From Chiloscyllium plagiosum (lineage: Eukaryota), in contig NC_057713.1 of assembly GCF_004010195.1 (NCBI RefSeq), positions 77,496,360 to 77,560,359 of the forward strand: 64,000 bases of DNA. The letters are read 5' to 3'. The position numbers were made by a program, and so were the translations under genes. Of this stretch, positions 35,501 through 48,879 are shown one piece after another. The notes under the pieces are model-generated. The model saw only the letters and a list, made by a program, of their open reading frames with translations, had not been told where the DNA came from and did not search any database. Each line of letters begins with the position of its first letter. Positions within the stretch are counted from its first letter, which is position 1.

Positions 35501-38500
35501 ACCATCAAAGTGTCACTTATTCCAAAATTTGAAAAATTTCCAATTTTGAAAACCAGCTGGTCCTGAATGTTTTGGATAATGAGTTGTGTACCTGCATTTC
35601 AAATCCACTGACTCCCACAGCTACCTTGACTACACTTCCTCCCACCACCTCTTACTGTCAAAATGTGATCCCTTACTTCCAATTCCTCCACCTCTGCTGC
35701 ATCTGCTCCAGGATGAGCGATTCCACTCCAGGACATCCCGGATGTCCTCCTACTTCAAGGACCACAATTTCCTCTTCCTTGTTACCTCAATCACATCTCC
35801 TCTGTTTCTGCACCTCCTACCTCAAAACCCACCCTTCAATACCCCAACAAAGATAGAAGCCCCCGGTCATCACATTCCACCCCACTAATCTCCAAATCCA
35901 TTGTATCATCCTCCACCATTTTCGCCACCCACAGTCAGACCTCATCACCAAGAACATATTTCCCTCCCCACCCCATTTGCGTCTGGTAGGGACCATTTCT
36001 TCTGTAACTCCCTCATTAAGTCCACACTCTCCACCAACCCCCTCTCCACACCCTGCACCTTTCCCTGCCTCTGTGAGATGTGCAAAACTTACACCCACAC
36101 CTCCGCCCTCACCTCTGTCAAAAGCCCCAAAAGAACATTCCAAATCCATCAGAGATTTATTTGCATATACTTGAACATAATTTGCTGCATCTGTTGCTCT
36201 CAATGTGGTCTCCTCTACATCAGACAGACTGAGTGCAAATTCACGGAACAGTTCAGGGAACAGCTCTGGTCCATACGCACCATCCAACCCCACTTTTAGT
36301 GGCCATCCCTTTCAACTCCCCCTTCCACTGCCCTGGAGTTAAATGCTTGTTCTGGGCCTCCTCCACTGTCTTAACAAGACTACTAGCAAACTGGAGGAGG
36401 CACACCTCACCTTCGATTCAGTAGCCTACAACCGCTTTACTTGAACATTGAATTCACCAGTTTCCAAATCTCCCCTCACCCCACCCTATCCTAGATCCAA
36501 CCCACTGCCACGGCTCCACACTCTTGACCTGATGTACCTGTCAATTGTCCTTCCCAGCTAACCTCTCCACACTTCCCACTGACCTACTTTCACCCACCTA
36601 TCGCCATCCCAACTACCTTTTCCCTAGCCCCACTCGCACTCCTGTTCACTTCTCAGCCCCTTTTCCCCCTCCCCCGTCCAGATGAAGGGTTAAGCCCAAA
36701 ATGTTAACTCTCTTGCGCCTCAGATGCTGCCTAACCTGCTGTGCTTTTTCTGGCACCACACTTTATTGATTCTTATCCCTGCATTCCAATGCAGTGCTAT
36801 GCCGGTAGATGGTGGAAGTTTGATTAATTTGAAACAGAGAGACTGAAATTGTAGGGTGATCCTGTGCAGCTCAGACTTTAGCAAGCTGCACTAACCAATG
36901 TGGCAGCAACAGTCTGGGCTGATAGGCAGTACTGCAGATCTTGCCAGAAGACATGGAAAAAGGAAAGCTTTCATCCTCAGACAAAGGGTTCATATTCCAG
37001 TGCCTCTCTCACAGGACCACATTTGAAGATGTTGAAGAACAGATTGCTTGACTGCTGTGATGTCTTGAAAGCCCCTTTGAACACTGACATCCATAGCTTA
37101 TTGTGAGAATGTGTGTAGCAGCCTGTGTGGTCGCAACCAATGCAACTCCTAAACATAAAGTGGTGTCTGAGAAAGGAGAAAAAAAAATGAATTGAGTGAG
37201 ATAACTTACATTGTTATTGCCAGAGATGTTTAATGTAATCAACATTGAGGAAGACCCAGAATTCACAGGGCTGGTAGAAATGGTTAATTTTATGTCTTCA
37301 AAAATACTAAAGCTCGTGACAAATGTAGTGCGAGTGAGAAGCAATCTTTCAGTAAAATGACTGAAAGTTTGAAAAGAATTAACTTTACCAGTCAAATAAC
37401 AAAATTGGTCAACATTCACTGATCCAATACCTGGTCAGGAAGAAAAAAGCTACCTGGCCTAATAATCCAAGATTCTATAAAATAGAGGCTACCCTTTTCA
37501 GTTAGAAGGTGATTCCCTGATCCTGAAATCTAGATACTACACAAAATACTGTCAGCTGTCTTGCGGGAAGGAACTTTAGGAGATTATTAGTCCTCCTGAT
37601 AAAGTAATAGGCCAAAAGTGTTGTTAATATATGCAAATAATGATATTCTTGGTGAAGGATATTCAAGAGAAAATATATTCCGCAGAGAATTGATCTACAA
37701 ATCAGAAATGATCCCTAGATCAGAACTAGCATCAACAGTCCTAAAGCAAGAGATCCAATATATTCTAAGTCTAAAAAGAGTTTACTCTGAGAAAAGTATA
37801 AAATGACCAGAGGAAAGGTAATAGTTGTGAATGCGATATAATTATTCACATATTGTATAAAGGTTAACCAGGGGAAAATGGTTTGGAAGGGATTGATTCT
37901 GAAGGGGTAATTATTCAGATTACATTTATTCCATCCATCATATTGATGTTCTGCATAGGCTATGGTTGGAGACAAGCAGTTCTGCTCTAACATTCAGAGG
38001 AAGCAGATATATCTGCATCAGCTCCCTAAGGTGCCAGCTATTATGCCTGATCAGCTAGAATTGTATTTATTGCTATCATGCTATCATGCTATCTTGTTAT
38101 TGAAGAATAGTTCCTTTTCTGTCGATATTCTACAGTGGTGTATCCTCTATCAGTAACCACTAGATAGGCATGAGAAAAAGTAAATATCATGGCAAGTGAA
38201 TTTTAGGGCACAATTAATATAATGTTGTTAGGTGAAGGAGGGATGATTAATTGATCAGTTTCTGAGGCCAGTGATAGAGCTGGCAGCACATAGCATTGCA
38301 AGGTAAATTAAATACTTATGCATAATCACTATACAGGGTCTTCAAGGCTACATTGAGAGTCATGGATGACTGCTCTTCATGTCTTCTTAGAGTTTGAGTA
38401 GATAGTGTGCTAAAAACCTGCTGACATAGGGTATCCTTCCACATGAATCCCTCTTGTGCCAAGGCTTTGTGCCCTGCCTGTGAGAGTGTTTTGGCTCACA

Positions 38501-38859
38501 CTATTGCAGCTCGCACTGCCTTTGACAGCTACTTTTAATGTTGGAGCAGAAAGTGCTACAGGATGACTTGCAGTAAGCATGGGCGATGCTTAAGTGATGG
38601 ATAATTTTTTTTGGTTCCAGCATGCAGCCACTTAACAACGCTTTCGACCGTGAACTGCACATTATTACAGTTTAAATGATTAGGCAGTACAAGGTATGCT
38701 TGCTGCTTGCCATTGAAATTAACTTTCTTGTGCTATTCATGTATTATGTATCATGATTGATTTGTACATTTACTGTGGCCATTATATTTTGCACCCATTT
38801 GATTTATTCTCAACAGAAAGGGTTGGACATTAGAAGACAGTACTCAAACATATTAATGA

Positions 38860-40480
38860 AAAACAGCAGCAATGGATCCTTGAGCCTACTCTACCATTCA
38901 ATAGGATCATGGCTGACCTGGTTGTTTTACATTCCTGCCTTTTCCTGATAACCATTCAACTCCTTGATTATTAATTATCTGTTAATTTCTGCCTTAAAAA
39001 TATACAAAGACTGGGTTGTAACGGCCTTTTCAGGAAGAGAGTTAGAAAGATTTATAACCCTCTGTGAGAAGACATTTCTCTTCATCTTTGTCTGAAATGG
39101 GTGATCCCTATTTCTAAACTCTCCAACAAGAGGAAATACCATCTCTATGTCACTCTGTAAAGCTTCCTCAGGATCTTATAAATTTCAATCAAATTGTCTC
39201 TTATTTTCCCAAACTGCATTGATTTCAACCCTAGCCTGCCCAACCTTTTATCATAAGACAATCTACCATTCCAGAGATTAGTTAAAAAGTAAACCTTCTC
39301 CAAACTGCTTCATTTGTATCCTTCCTTACAACAAGACATTAATACTGTACACAGTACTCCAAACGTGGTCACACCAATGCTGATCCAGACTCCACATTTC
39401 AGAGCCCTACAATCTCTCACCATTTTGAAATATGTTTTTTTTTATCCTTCCTGTCAATTAGAATTAGAATCAGATTTCATTGCCACATGTACTCGAGTTC
39501 AGCAACACATCAGTACAAAGAAAAATGTAAAATGTTGCCATTGTCTGGCACCATCTTGGTTACAAAACCAGAATTAAAAAAAAACACTAAATTTTGTTTT
39601 GAAAGAGCCAAAAGGTTAGAAAACATCTAAAGCTTAAAATCTAAAGCATTATCTCCATAAAGGTGTTTGGAATGTTAAGCCACATATGTAGGCACCCTGG
39701 CCTAGCCACGGCCTTGATTCTTAGTCAGCTTGCATGTCTTGTGCTGGTAGGAGCTGTGTTCTTGTTGCTGCTGACAATACCGCGTCCGTCTCCGATGGCT
39801 AAGAGGAGTTTTGTCACTGCTGCCACCACTGCCTCCAAATGCTGGAATGAGTCACGTCATTGCTGCCACAATATACCATTGCATCCAACCATTGGGACAG
39901 CCAGGAGGCTGCTACCATTATGAGAAAGGCCCACTCTTGCTGCCAGTGTCATGCTGCTGCTGTCTTCGATTCCCGTGAACAGCCCGGAGGAAAATGGTCA
40001 GTCTCCCCACATTATGCCAGATCTTTGTCGACTCACTTATATATATTTAATATATATCCTTTATATCCTTTGTAAACTCCTTATGTCTACTTTGCAACTT
40101 ACTATCCAACCTGCGTCATTAACAAATTTAGCGAGCATATTTTCTGTCCCTTGTTCTTCCAAGTCAGTTGTGCAAATTGTAAAAATTGGTTATCCCAAAA
40201 CTGATCCATTTGTCAACCAGGAAATAACCCTGTTTCCTGTTAGCTAGCCAATCTTCCACCTATGTCAATATTTTAACTCTTAAATTATGAGATTTTATTC
40301 CCCATAATAACTTTTGATGTAGCAACTTATCAAGTATCTTCTGGACATTTAAGCACAGTACCTCTACTGATTCTACTATATTCATGGCAAATGTTACTTT
40401 CTCAAAGAAATGCACTAAATTGTTTCCCCTTTCACAAAACAATGTTGGCTTGATCTTAGCAAAGTTGATATTGTATCTTT
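38860..40480 (-). mobile_element. Old CR1 3' region, interrupted at ~39457-40020 by another LINE 3' end
   Basis: ccattcaataggatcatggctgacc (3' tail); 'NVQKILDKLLHQKLL' (decayed AFDKVPH motif); attagaattagaatcagatttcattgccacatgtac is a reversed LINE tail. Confidence 0.7.
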
Positions 40481-40641
40481 AATAAAAGTTGGCACTGGAA
40501 AAGAGAACAAATACAAATGGATGGGAACCAATAGAAGGATGCTTAAGACCACACTTCAAATCAGGCAGGCCCATCTGTTAAGTGCTGGGCCTTAAAAGTG
40601 GTTATTTGATTATTGGGGACTGTTTGAGTCAGCTATTGGTA

Positions 40642-40982
40642 CAGGTGCACAATCCTTTATCCGAAATGCTTGGGACCAGCTGGTTTTCAGAATTTTTCAA
40701 ATTTCAGAATAAGTGACAGTTTGATGGTGAAATTTTTAAAAAAAATTTACCAGAGGAGCAGTCTCACTGAGTAAAACAGACTCTGAAACAAAATTAAGAC
40801 TTGCCAGTGCTGGGCCACTCCCCGCCATGTCACATCTGAGTGACACATCAAGTGGGTGCTGACTTGAGTTAACTGTTTGCATGCCAAACAACCATGTTAA
40901 TGAGAAAATAATTTCACAAAAAACCCTTCGGACTTTGGAGCTTTTCGGATTTCAGGATTTCGGATAAAGGGTTGTCTACCTG
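40642..40982. mobile_element. Intact Tc1/mariner Tigger-like MITE (341 bp)
   Basis: TA-caggtgcacaatcctttatccgaaat ... atttcggataaagggttgtctacctg-TA: ~26-bp TIRs and TA TSD. Confidence 0.92.
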
Positions 40983-41144
40983 TAATATTGCGTTTTTGTA
41001 TAACATTCTGCTATTAAAAATTTATTCTTCATGCAAGGCTTTAGGCAGAATAATCTATGTTAGGGTCTACTGTCTTGTGATTTATTTCATCAATACTGTT
41101 GTAGGTTACTTAATCGTTTAAGTATTAACCCTTTACAGATCTCT

Positions 41145-41820
41145 TATTTAGCACACTTGTCTCTGAGTCAGAAGGTTGTGAGTCACATGTCACACCTTGA
41201 AACCAAAATTCTGGCTGACAGTTGAGGGGATGCTGAATTGTCAGAAGTGCAGTCTTTTAGCTAAGGTATTAAACCAAGTCCCTTTCTAGCCTCTTAGTTG
41301 AATGTATGAGATTAAGTTGTACTTTTTGAAGAAGACCATAAATGTTCAATCATACCTTCCCCATCGCACACAGAGTATGTATTCTGATTCCACCATCACT
41401 AAAAGAGATTACCTAATTATTATCACTTTGCTGTTTGCCTGTGTTTGCCGTGCACAAATTGGTACCATGCTTCCTAAATTACTGCAGTGAACTACACTTC
41501 AAAAGAACTTAATTGGCTGTGCAGAGCTTTGGGAGGTCTTAAATTTGTGAAATGTGCTATTTAAATGCAAGGAGAAAGTGAGGACTGCAGATGCTGGAGA
41601 TCAGAGCTGAAAATGTGTTGCTGGAAAAGCGCAGCAGGTCAGGCAGCATCCAGGGAACAGGAGGATTGACGTTTCGGGCATAAGCCCTACTTCAGATACA
41701 TTCCTGAAGGAGGGCTTATGCCCGTAACATCGATTCTCCTGTTCCTTGGATGCTGCCTGACCTGCTGCGCTTTTCCAGCAACACATTTTCAGCTATTTAA
41801 ATGCAAGCTCAATCTTTCTT
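41145..41820 (+). mobile_element. Deu-domain SINE (SacSINE1/AmnSINE1-like) with a PLE insert in its tail
   Basis: tRNA-like head ctctgagtcagaaggttgtgag; Deu core ttgtcagaagtgcagtctttt...ttaaacc...gaagaaga; tail actacacttcaaaagaacttaattggctgt...gtgaaatgtgctatttaaatgcaag. Confidence 0.8.
41572..41791. mobile_element. Palindromic PLE-terminus insert (family A) with 16-bp TSD
   Basis: TSD gctatttaaatgcaag at 41556-41571 and 41792-41807; ~90-bp inverted arms around the spacer atacattc. Confidence 0.93.
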
Positions 41821-42757
41821 TAAGTAACAGCATTCTCTACAGTTCCCAGTGGAAAGGTCAGAAAGTTGCTTAAATTGGAACATCACTCTGAAAACAGCTA
41901 TGAGGAGAGAGACCAATGAATGAAAAATCTTTTTTTTTTCCTGAGCACTGCTACCTGTCAGAATTTTAAAAGCAGTAAAACATATCAATATATATATAGA
42001 TAATCAAAAAACTATTGAAAAGAAATACAGAAGACATGTATAAGCAAGCAGAAAAAAGCAACCTGATCAAAGATAGAGGAAATATGTAAAGAGATACATA
42101 AAAATAATGTCAAATTGTCAGCATATAAATTCTAACTAAATGGAAGTTAAAATCTTTTTATCTTCATTTCAACATAAGCATCACTGAAGTGCTAAATCTC
42201 CATCAATGTTAATCTTACAACTCTAAACTGAGAAGAATGAATAATGATTTTAAGGATGAAACACCAGATAACTTCCCTTAGAGCTTAATTCTGCTGAGCT
42301 TTAAGCTGTCAAAAGAAAACTGATGATCATACTTCCTGCTTTTAGCAACTTGTGGTTTGTGCAAGAGCCATGACAATATTATCACCATGTCAAATGATGC
42401 CATTCTGTGGAATGAATGGGTTTTCACACTTTAAAGTTACTTTACAACCTTGATCTGTTAATTCACTTATGGACAACTTCAGCACTAGCCCAGTTAGCCC
42501 AACAACTCAAAACTCCCCTTAAGTTCCTCTCTTAACCCAGAACACTATTTATTTTTCCTATCTCCCCTCATGTCCTGCTCCTGACTATCTTGTCCATGAA
42601 ACTTGCCTTCTGCTCTTTTTTTCCTCTTAATTGATGATGACTCATCTTCCTTTACTGTCTCCCAGAACAACTGTTAAAAGTTCTCTCTCTTCAGTTACTG
42701 TCACTTACTTCTTCAAAACTGCCATCATCACAGTTCTCAAAAAAAACTTAATCCCAT

Positions 42758-42857
42758 TGAAACATAAACAGAAATTATTGGAGAAACTCAGTGGGTCTGG
42801 CAGCACCTGTGAAGAGAAAATGAGTTGAACATTTGAATCCAGTTACCCTTCTTCAGA
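42758..42857 (-). mobile_element. Short PLE terminal insert
   Basis: aaacagaaattattggagaaactcagtgggtctggcagc...acccttcttcaga; ends at the hammerhead core. Confidence 0.75.
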
Positions 42858-43347
42858 GCTCATCCTCATCCAATTGTCTTGTCAAACTACTACCCCATCT
42901 CTAAAGTCCTGTAAAACATCATGGCCTATCAAAGCTGGGTCCATCTTTATCTTGAATTGATGCTTCAATCCCATCACAACAGATATCCGTCTCGACCATA
43001 GTACCAACATTGTTCTTATCAAAGTCCCAAATAACATCATGTGTGAATGTAACAGAAGTGAATCATACTTTTTCATTCATCTAAAACTGCGTGCAGCTTG
43101 TGACAGTACTGACCACACTATTGTCTTTCTACTGCTCTACACTGTCATCCACTGGGTGTGAATGCCTAGTTCCATTTTTAGCTATCTAGTCTTAGACAGA
43201 TATTGCTCACAATATCACCTTATTCTGCACCTGCACCATTATCTCAGTTGTTCTTCAAAGAACCATCTTTGATCCACATTTTCTCATCAATGTGCTCCCC
43301 TGAAATGATTTTAAACAGTCCCCATTTATACTGATGACAGACACTTT

Positions 43348-43704
43348 TGTTATATGTACAGTTAAACTCAATTTTGAGTCTCATCCTAAGATAAGTTTAA
43401 ATCTGCTGCCATCATCCTCTTTAAGTACAGGGATCTGCTGGCCCTACTTGGTCATTCGTGGTAAAGAAAAACTATTCCCTGGCTGAACTAGAGGAGGCTC
43501 TTTTATTGAACAAGAAGTTGTTTACTCCATGTTAGCAAGCACCAACCAGCTACATACATATGATAGGTGTTGTTATAGAGTCTATGAAGAGAACCTAGAT
43601 GTTAGGTCTCACTGTTCCATGATTCTAAGCTGTTGACTATAGTTCATATGACATCATCATATGAAGTTTAAGGCACTCCTCAGTATTTACCTTTCAGACT
43701 AACA
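43348..43704 (-). mobile_element. Possible LTR remnant nested in L2
   Basis: tgtta...taaca termini and reverse AATAAA (~43502); no clear TSD. Confidence 0.35.
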
Positions 43705-45059
43705 CCCATGTAAAACCAACTCTACCTCACCACCAAATCTCTTGATCTATCCACTGTCTTGAAATTGCCCAATTGTTTCTGTCACATCTCATTCAGTGAG
43801 GAGAAATTTCCTCCAATTAAATAGTAGGATGACCAAAGTTACTGTGTTATGTGCAATTATAAATTCTTTGGTTAGCCACTGACTCCATTCCTTTCCTTTA
43901 AAATCCGCTTTCTTGCTTTGAAATCTTTGCATGATCTTGTACCTCCTACCTCTATAATCCATAGCTGCACGTTCATTGGAGACATTGACATATTGTCAAT
44001 TCTGACTAAGTTGAACACCCTCAATTTTAATAACTCCATCATTGATGGCTGCCTTTGGTGAGCAAGGTCCGAACCTCCCTTAATCTATTTCTCATGTTCG
44101 TTGTTGATTCTTAAAACTGCTTCTTCAACCAAACTCTTGATCATGTCCCCTAATATTTTATTCCTGGTCATAATAATCCTGCAAAACATTTTGGGATGTT
44201 TTATTACACTAAAAGCACTATCAAATAGTTACTTCAGCGTTCCACCATTAAGCTGCGACTGTTATTAAGATACTCTTCAGTGAGCATTTGAGCAACTGAA
44301 GCAACACAGAAAGCTTACTGCTCGCAAAAAAAAACATTATAGTTAATCATTTTTCAGCTATTGCTTATATAAAATCAACTGGCAGTCTGAATTCATCAGA
44401 GAGAAGAAATAAGAGTAAATGCTGCTTTGTTTAAAGATGTATCATCAAAGTGTAAAAGGCTTTACTATATTATAATAGACTCCGTAAGGAATTAACCGCT
44501 TGGATAGATTTTACTACATTACTTGTCTCCACTTATCTTACCCTGTGATTGTTATTTTAATAATACCTTTCAAAAGAAGCCTGAGTATTATTGACTGTTG
44601 TTATTATGAATGTTATTGGTCTGACGAGGCATTTATAAAGGTAGGGCATGCTTTTTGCTCAAGACAGCAAGTTTTCTATTCTTACCTTCACTGTTAACAC
44701 AATGGTAATTCTAACGTCAAAGCACTTTGTTTGTTATATAGTACATTTGGTTCGTCAAAGATTTTAACAGATGCTACGTAAGTTCTTCCTATGCTTCTTT
44801 ATCCAATGCTATTTCCTAGGCTTCTAAGCTGAATATCAATGGTTAACCACGGGGACTGGACTCCACTGGATCCCAACAGAATTGTTCAATAATTTTATTT
44901 CTGAATAAAGGATCCCATCATCATTTTGGCATTAGATTCTTTTTAAGGATACCTTAGAATTAGGTTTTGGATATTGCAAGACAATCTTATCTAATTGAAG
45001 AAGGAACTTTTATTTTGACAATATAGAGACCAATAAGTGATAGCTTTACAACAAGTGGT

Positions 45060-45290
45060 AGATTTTTTTCTATTAATTTACAGGAATTGGCCATCACTAG
45101 TGAATCAGAGGGATGTTTCTGAATAATTATCAATGGTTTTACGTTTGTTATTAGACTCTTAATTTCAGATTTATTTTTAGTTAATTCAAATTCTACTAGC
45201 TGCTATGGTAGGACTTGAATCCAGGACCCAGAACATTACCAGGGTCTGAATTAATAGTCTTTTGATAATACTACGAGGTCATCAACTCCC
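45060..45290 (-). mobile_element. tRNA-SINE (family of 31836), internally deleted
   Basis: ggacttgaatcc reverse B box; aattcaaattctactagctgc; cccagaacattaccagggtctg. Confidence 0.65.
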
Positions 45291-46632
45291 TCTTATCACA
45301 CTTTGTGACAGTTGCAGCTAAAGAAGCTACACGGCAGCCACATGAGACTGAAGAAGGGAGAAGTGTCAGGAGCATGGCTAATCAGGGGAGGACGGTAGTA
45401 TATGAACCAGGAATATTCACCAGAGTAGCAGCTTGACCAGCCTGAAGGAAATTGTAATAATATATTCATTGAAAAAGAAAAAAAAAGGTATATCTTAAAA
45501 AGTAAGTGAAGGTTCTGTTTTCTTCAATCTGCGACACTTCCTACAAATACATAATGTTGATAAAAACAAAATGGCACTTTGACACTAAGATGAACAATAG
45601 TTCTGTGAATTATTGGAGGGAAATTAAGGATGAGTTTAGAAAGCATGTACATGATTAATAGCTCCAATAGATTATGTAAACCTTACTTCACAATAAACCC
45701 ATGAATGTCAAGTAGCACTTGAATTGTCTCAAGATTGATTTTAATATATCCTACTACACACAAAAGACAGTTTTTTTTTTAATTAAGGAGAAAATGTACA
45801 AGATATTTTCAATATGCTGGTTGTTGCTAGAAATGCTACAAACTATGATACTTCTAAAAGTGGTATTCCATGCTTTTTTACTCCTAAGCAAGATGCAATA
45901 TGTGAATCTATTATCTTTCAAAGGTGATGTGATTTTTTTGCCTTCTAGCAGGGATTTTACCAAATGTGGCAATGCTAACATAATCCCTCATACCATAAGA
46001 ATGTATTGTGGTATTAAAGAATTGAACAGACATTTATTACAACTAGGAATTATGTATGAACATTACTTTCACAGGGATATTAGTGTCTGGGCTATATTAA
46101 AATATTGCATTATGACTCAGGAGAGTGCATCAAATAGCCTCTCATGATTTACTTAAAGATCCTTGGGGAAAGATGGAGCCCAAGACTGTTACACCTTCAG
46201 GTCACATGCTTTTGGCACAGTAATGATACCATAAGCATTTCTCTTGAAGCTACACCAACACATTGCATCTCTTAAAGGTAGACTGACATACAGATCATGA
46301 AACATAACACATCAAATGGCCCAAAAAAGCATATGGCTAAACCAGAAGTTTATGTTTCTCTGCTCAAGTTTAGATCAGCAAGAGATCAGCATGATAGAAA
46401 TCATGAAATTAAAGCACAGGATGTCTGTCCAGAACCTTCCACTGCTTTGCCTCAAGAAAAGGTATAACTGTTAGAGCAACTAATCTGGTGAAAGTCTTCA
46501 GTAGAAATGTAAACTGAGTAACAAGTCACTATCAGTTGGATAAATGTCAAATACAAACCACATTGCACTAATAGAAACTACAATCAAACCAAATCAACTC
46601 CAATTATTTCTGTTCCCAGTGTAATCAATTTT

Positions 46633-47465
46633 AGTCATAGAGTCGTGCAGTACAGAAGAGGCCCTTCGGCCCATCATCTGCACCAATAAAAAGAATCACC
46701 TATCTTCACTAATCCCACTTTCCAGCATTTGGCCCATAGCTTTGAATGCTATGACCTTTCAAGGGCTCATCTACCTACCTTTGAAAAGTTATAAGGTTTC
46801 TCACCTCTCTTACTCTCCCAAACAGTGCATTATAGATTTCCATCACCTTGTGGAGAAAATAATTTTCCTCATCCCCTCTAACCTTCCTGTCTTTCATTTT
46901 AAATTTATGTCCCTCATTATTGACCCTTCAACTAGGAAGAACAATTGTTTCTTATCCACCCCATCCATGCTACTCATAATCTTATATGTTTCAAACAGGT
47001 TTCCCCACAACCTTTTCTGCTGTAAAGAAAATAGCCTGAGCTTTTCCACCCTCTCATCAGAGCTGAAATACTCCATCCCAAGCAACATCTTACTGAAACT
47101 TCTATACACCCTCTCCAGTACAACCACATCCTTTCTATAGTGTGTAGACCAGAACTGCACATAGCTGTGGCTAATCAAAGTTTCGTACAGCTCCAATCTA
47201 ACCTGCCACTCTTAGATTCTATGCCATGACTGATGAGGCAAGTATCCCATATGCCTTCTTAACTACTCAGTTAAACTGTTCTACTGCTTTCAGGAACTTG
47301 TGAAAAAACTTTTCAAGATCTCTGTTTTCCACTTAAGTTCCTAATGTCCTCCCTTTCATTGAGTACTCCCTTGTCTTTTTATTTCATCCGAAGAGCATCA
47401 CCTCACACTTTTCAGAGTTAAATTCCACATGCCGCTGATTTGCCCTTCTGACCAACCCATCTACC
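46633..47465 (-). mobile_element. CR1 3' region
   Basis: 'YVQFWSTHYRKDVVVLERVYRSFSKML...RLWGNLFETYKIM'; tail agtcatagagtcgtgcagtacagaagaggcccttcggccc. Confidence 0.9.
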
Positions 47466-48879
47466 ATAGTGACAATTTTACAATGGGCAAAGAGTATTGT
47501 GCATATCAAAAATAAAATCACATGTTGTATCCCAGCACTGTCTCACATCCAACACGAAACCTCTACATAAACCTCTCATAAAATAATGTTATCTTGCTAT
47601 ATAAGCATAATTACATAGCTTGTCAAAATAGATAAAGGTGTTGCAGGTTTTTGAAATAGGTATTCAGCTCTGGAGATGATGATATTGGCTTACCACATCA
47701 GTGAAGCATACCATCAACTCAGAGATCAGCAGCTAATGTCTTTTGAAAATATTCAATTCAAGTCATATTTGATGTTGGGTTTCCACAGAGTATCATCACT
47801 GCATATATGTATCAATCTATTGTCAGTGATTTGGAAATTCAAATGAATCTTCACTGCACATAGATCCAATTATTTCCATTGGCTCACAAAGATATATTTT
47901 AGTCATGTCTAGGAAGCATGTAGTCTCAAAGGATTTGCTTGCTGTGAAGGGAAGGCTAGGCTACCTACTCAGTCTCTTTAGCACAGCAAATCATGAAACT
48001 ACATTCAGCAGCATTAAGTATCAATAATCAACATCAGAGATGCTATTTGCTGTGAATTCTCTTAAGCATTTCTTGATGCAGAAAATTGAAGGGCATGTAA
48101 GTTAAACTGGATATCGACAAACTTATCATTATCTCTCTGGAAAAAATAAAGCAAAGTTAAAAGATTTGAATTCTGATGGTTTAATTGAAGAAAGTGTACA
48201 CACTATCTCAGTTCTAGTGGTTTCAATATGCTGGTAGCAAATCAAGTAATTAAGTGTGGATAAAATGATTCTCCAATTTTGGTTGTGATAGTTGCAGACA
48301 GATCATTAATTTCTCAGAATTTTATCCTGGAAATCTGGATAAAACCAATCAGAATACAGCAAGGCGAGTGGTTATATTGCAAAGGATAGACACGTGTCAG
48401 CCTGAGACAATATAAAAGTTTACTTGTTAGTGAATCAACAGCAAGACAAATATTCAAATGCGCCATTCAACAGTTTTTTTTTGGAAAAAAAGTAATAATG
48501 TATTTTATCATTGTACTCAATTATGCAGAACATAGAATGCACCTCTGAAGAGTTCTCCACAAGCTGCAAGAACATTATGCTCACCAGGTAAGGTGTGAAT
48601 TTAAAGATGAAACTAAAGAGGGAGATTTTGGGTGATACCAAACCTGAGGTATCAAACAGCCACTGAGATGGCTGTGGTGAGATCTGAGGTTACAAGGTTG
48701 ACTGAGCCCTATTTAGCACAAATATCATTTTGCTAATGGATTTAACAGACAGCAACTGAACACTAGTAAACACATTTTTGCTGAACATTTTGAGTGACTT
48801 ACACAATGATTCTGAAGAATTTGATAGTGAGTTACCTTTGAAATGTTTGCATTCTACGTAATGTAACTATATCGACAGT

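Larger units (their letters stand above)
34766..35594. mobile_element. Tigger-like MITE split by a PLE insertion
   Basis: TIRs caggtagacaacactttatc / gataatgagttgtgtacctg; TA at the left end; reverse homologue of the intact copy at 40642-40982. Confidence 0.9.
33040..36770 (+). mobile_element. Long decayed Penelope-like element (linker, RT, GIY-YIG, 3' terminus) with nested MITE and PLE
   Basis: atcagcaaagggctcgccttcattcca (~33593, ISKGLAFIP); 'ARFYLLPKIHKPDCPSQPIVS'; 'LVLTLNNFFF...MGTCMGPSYACLF'; 'HSYLDYTSSH'; 'NIICCICCSQCGLLYI'; terminus with a decayed hammerhead core at 36679-36770. Confidence 0.93.
42480..44230 (+). mobile_element. Decayed L2-type LINE with nested inserts
   Basis: ttcaaaactgccatcatcaca, aactactaccccatctctaa, tatactgatgac (YADD remnant), aactctacctcacc; 3' tail ttttgggatgttttattacactaaaagcactat. 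Confidence 0.7.

Noticed and set aside
38605-38700. Acceptor/donor-bounded 73-nt segment
   Set aside because: Stops in all three frames; no support as a coding exon, though a non-coding exon cannot be excluded.
45719-46147. 142-aa hydrophobic ORF
   Set aside because: Non-ATG start, AT-rich composition, no domain signal.
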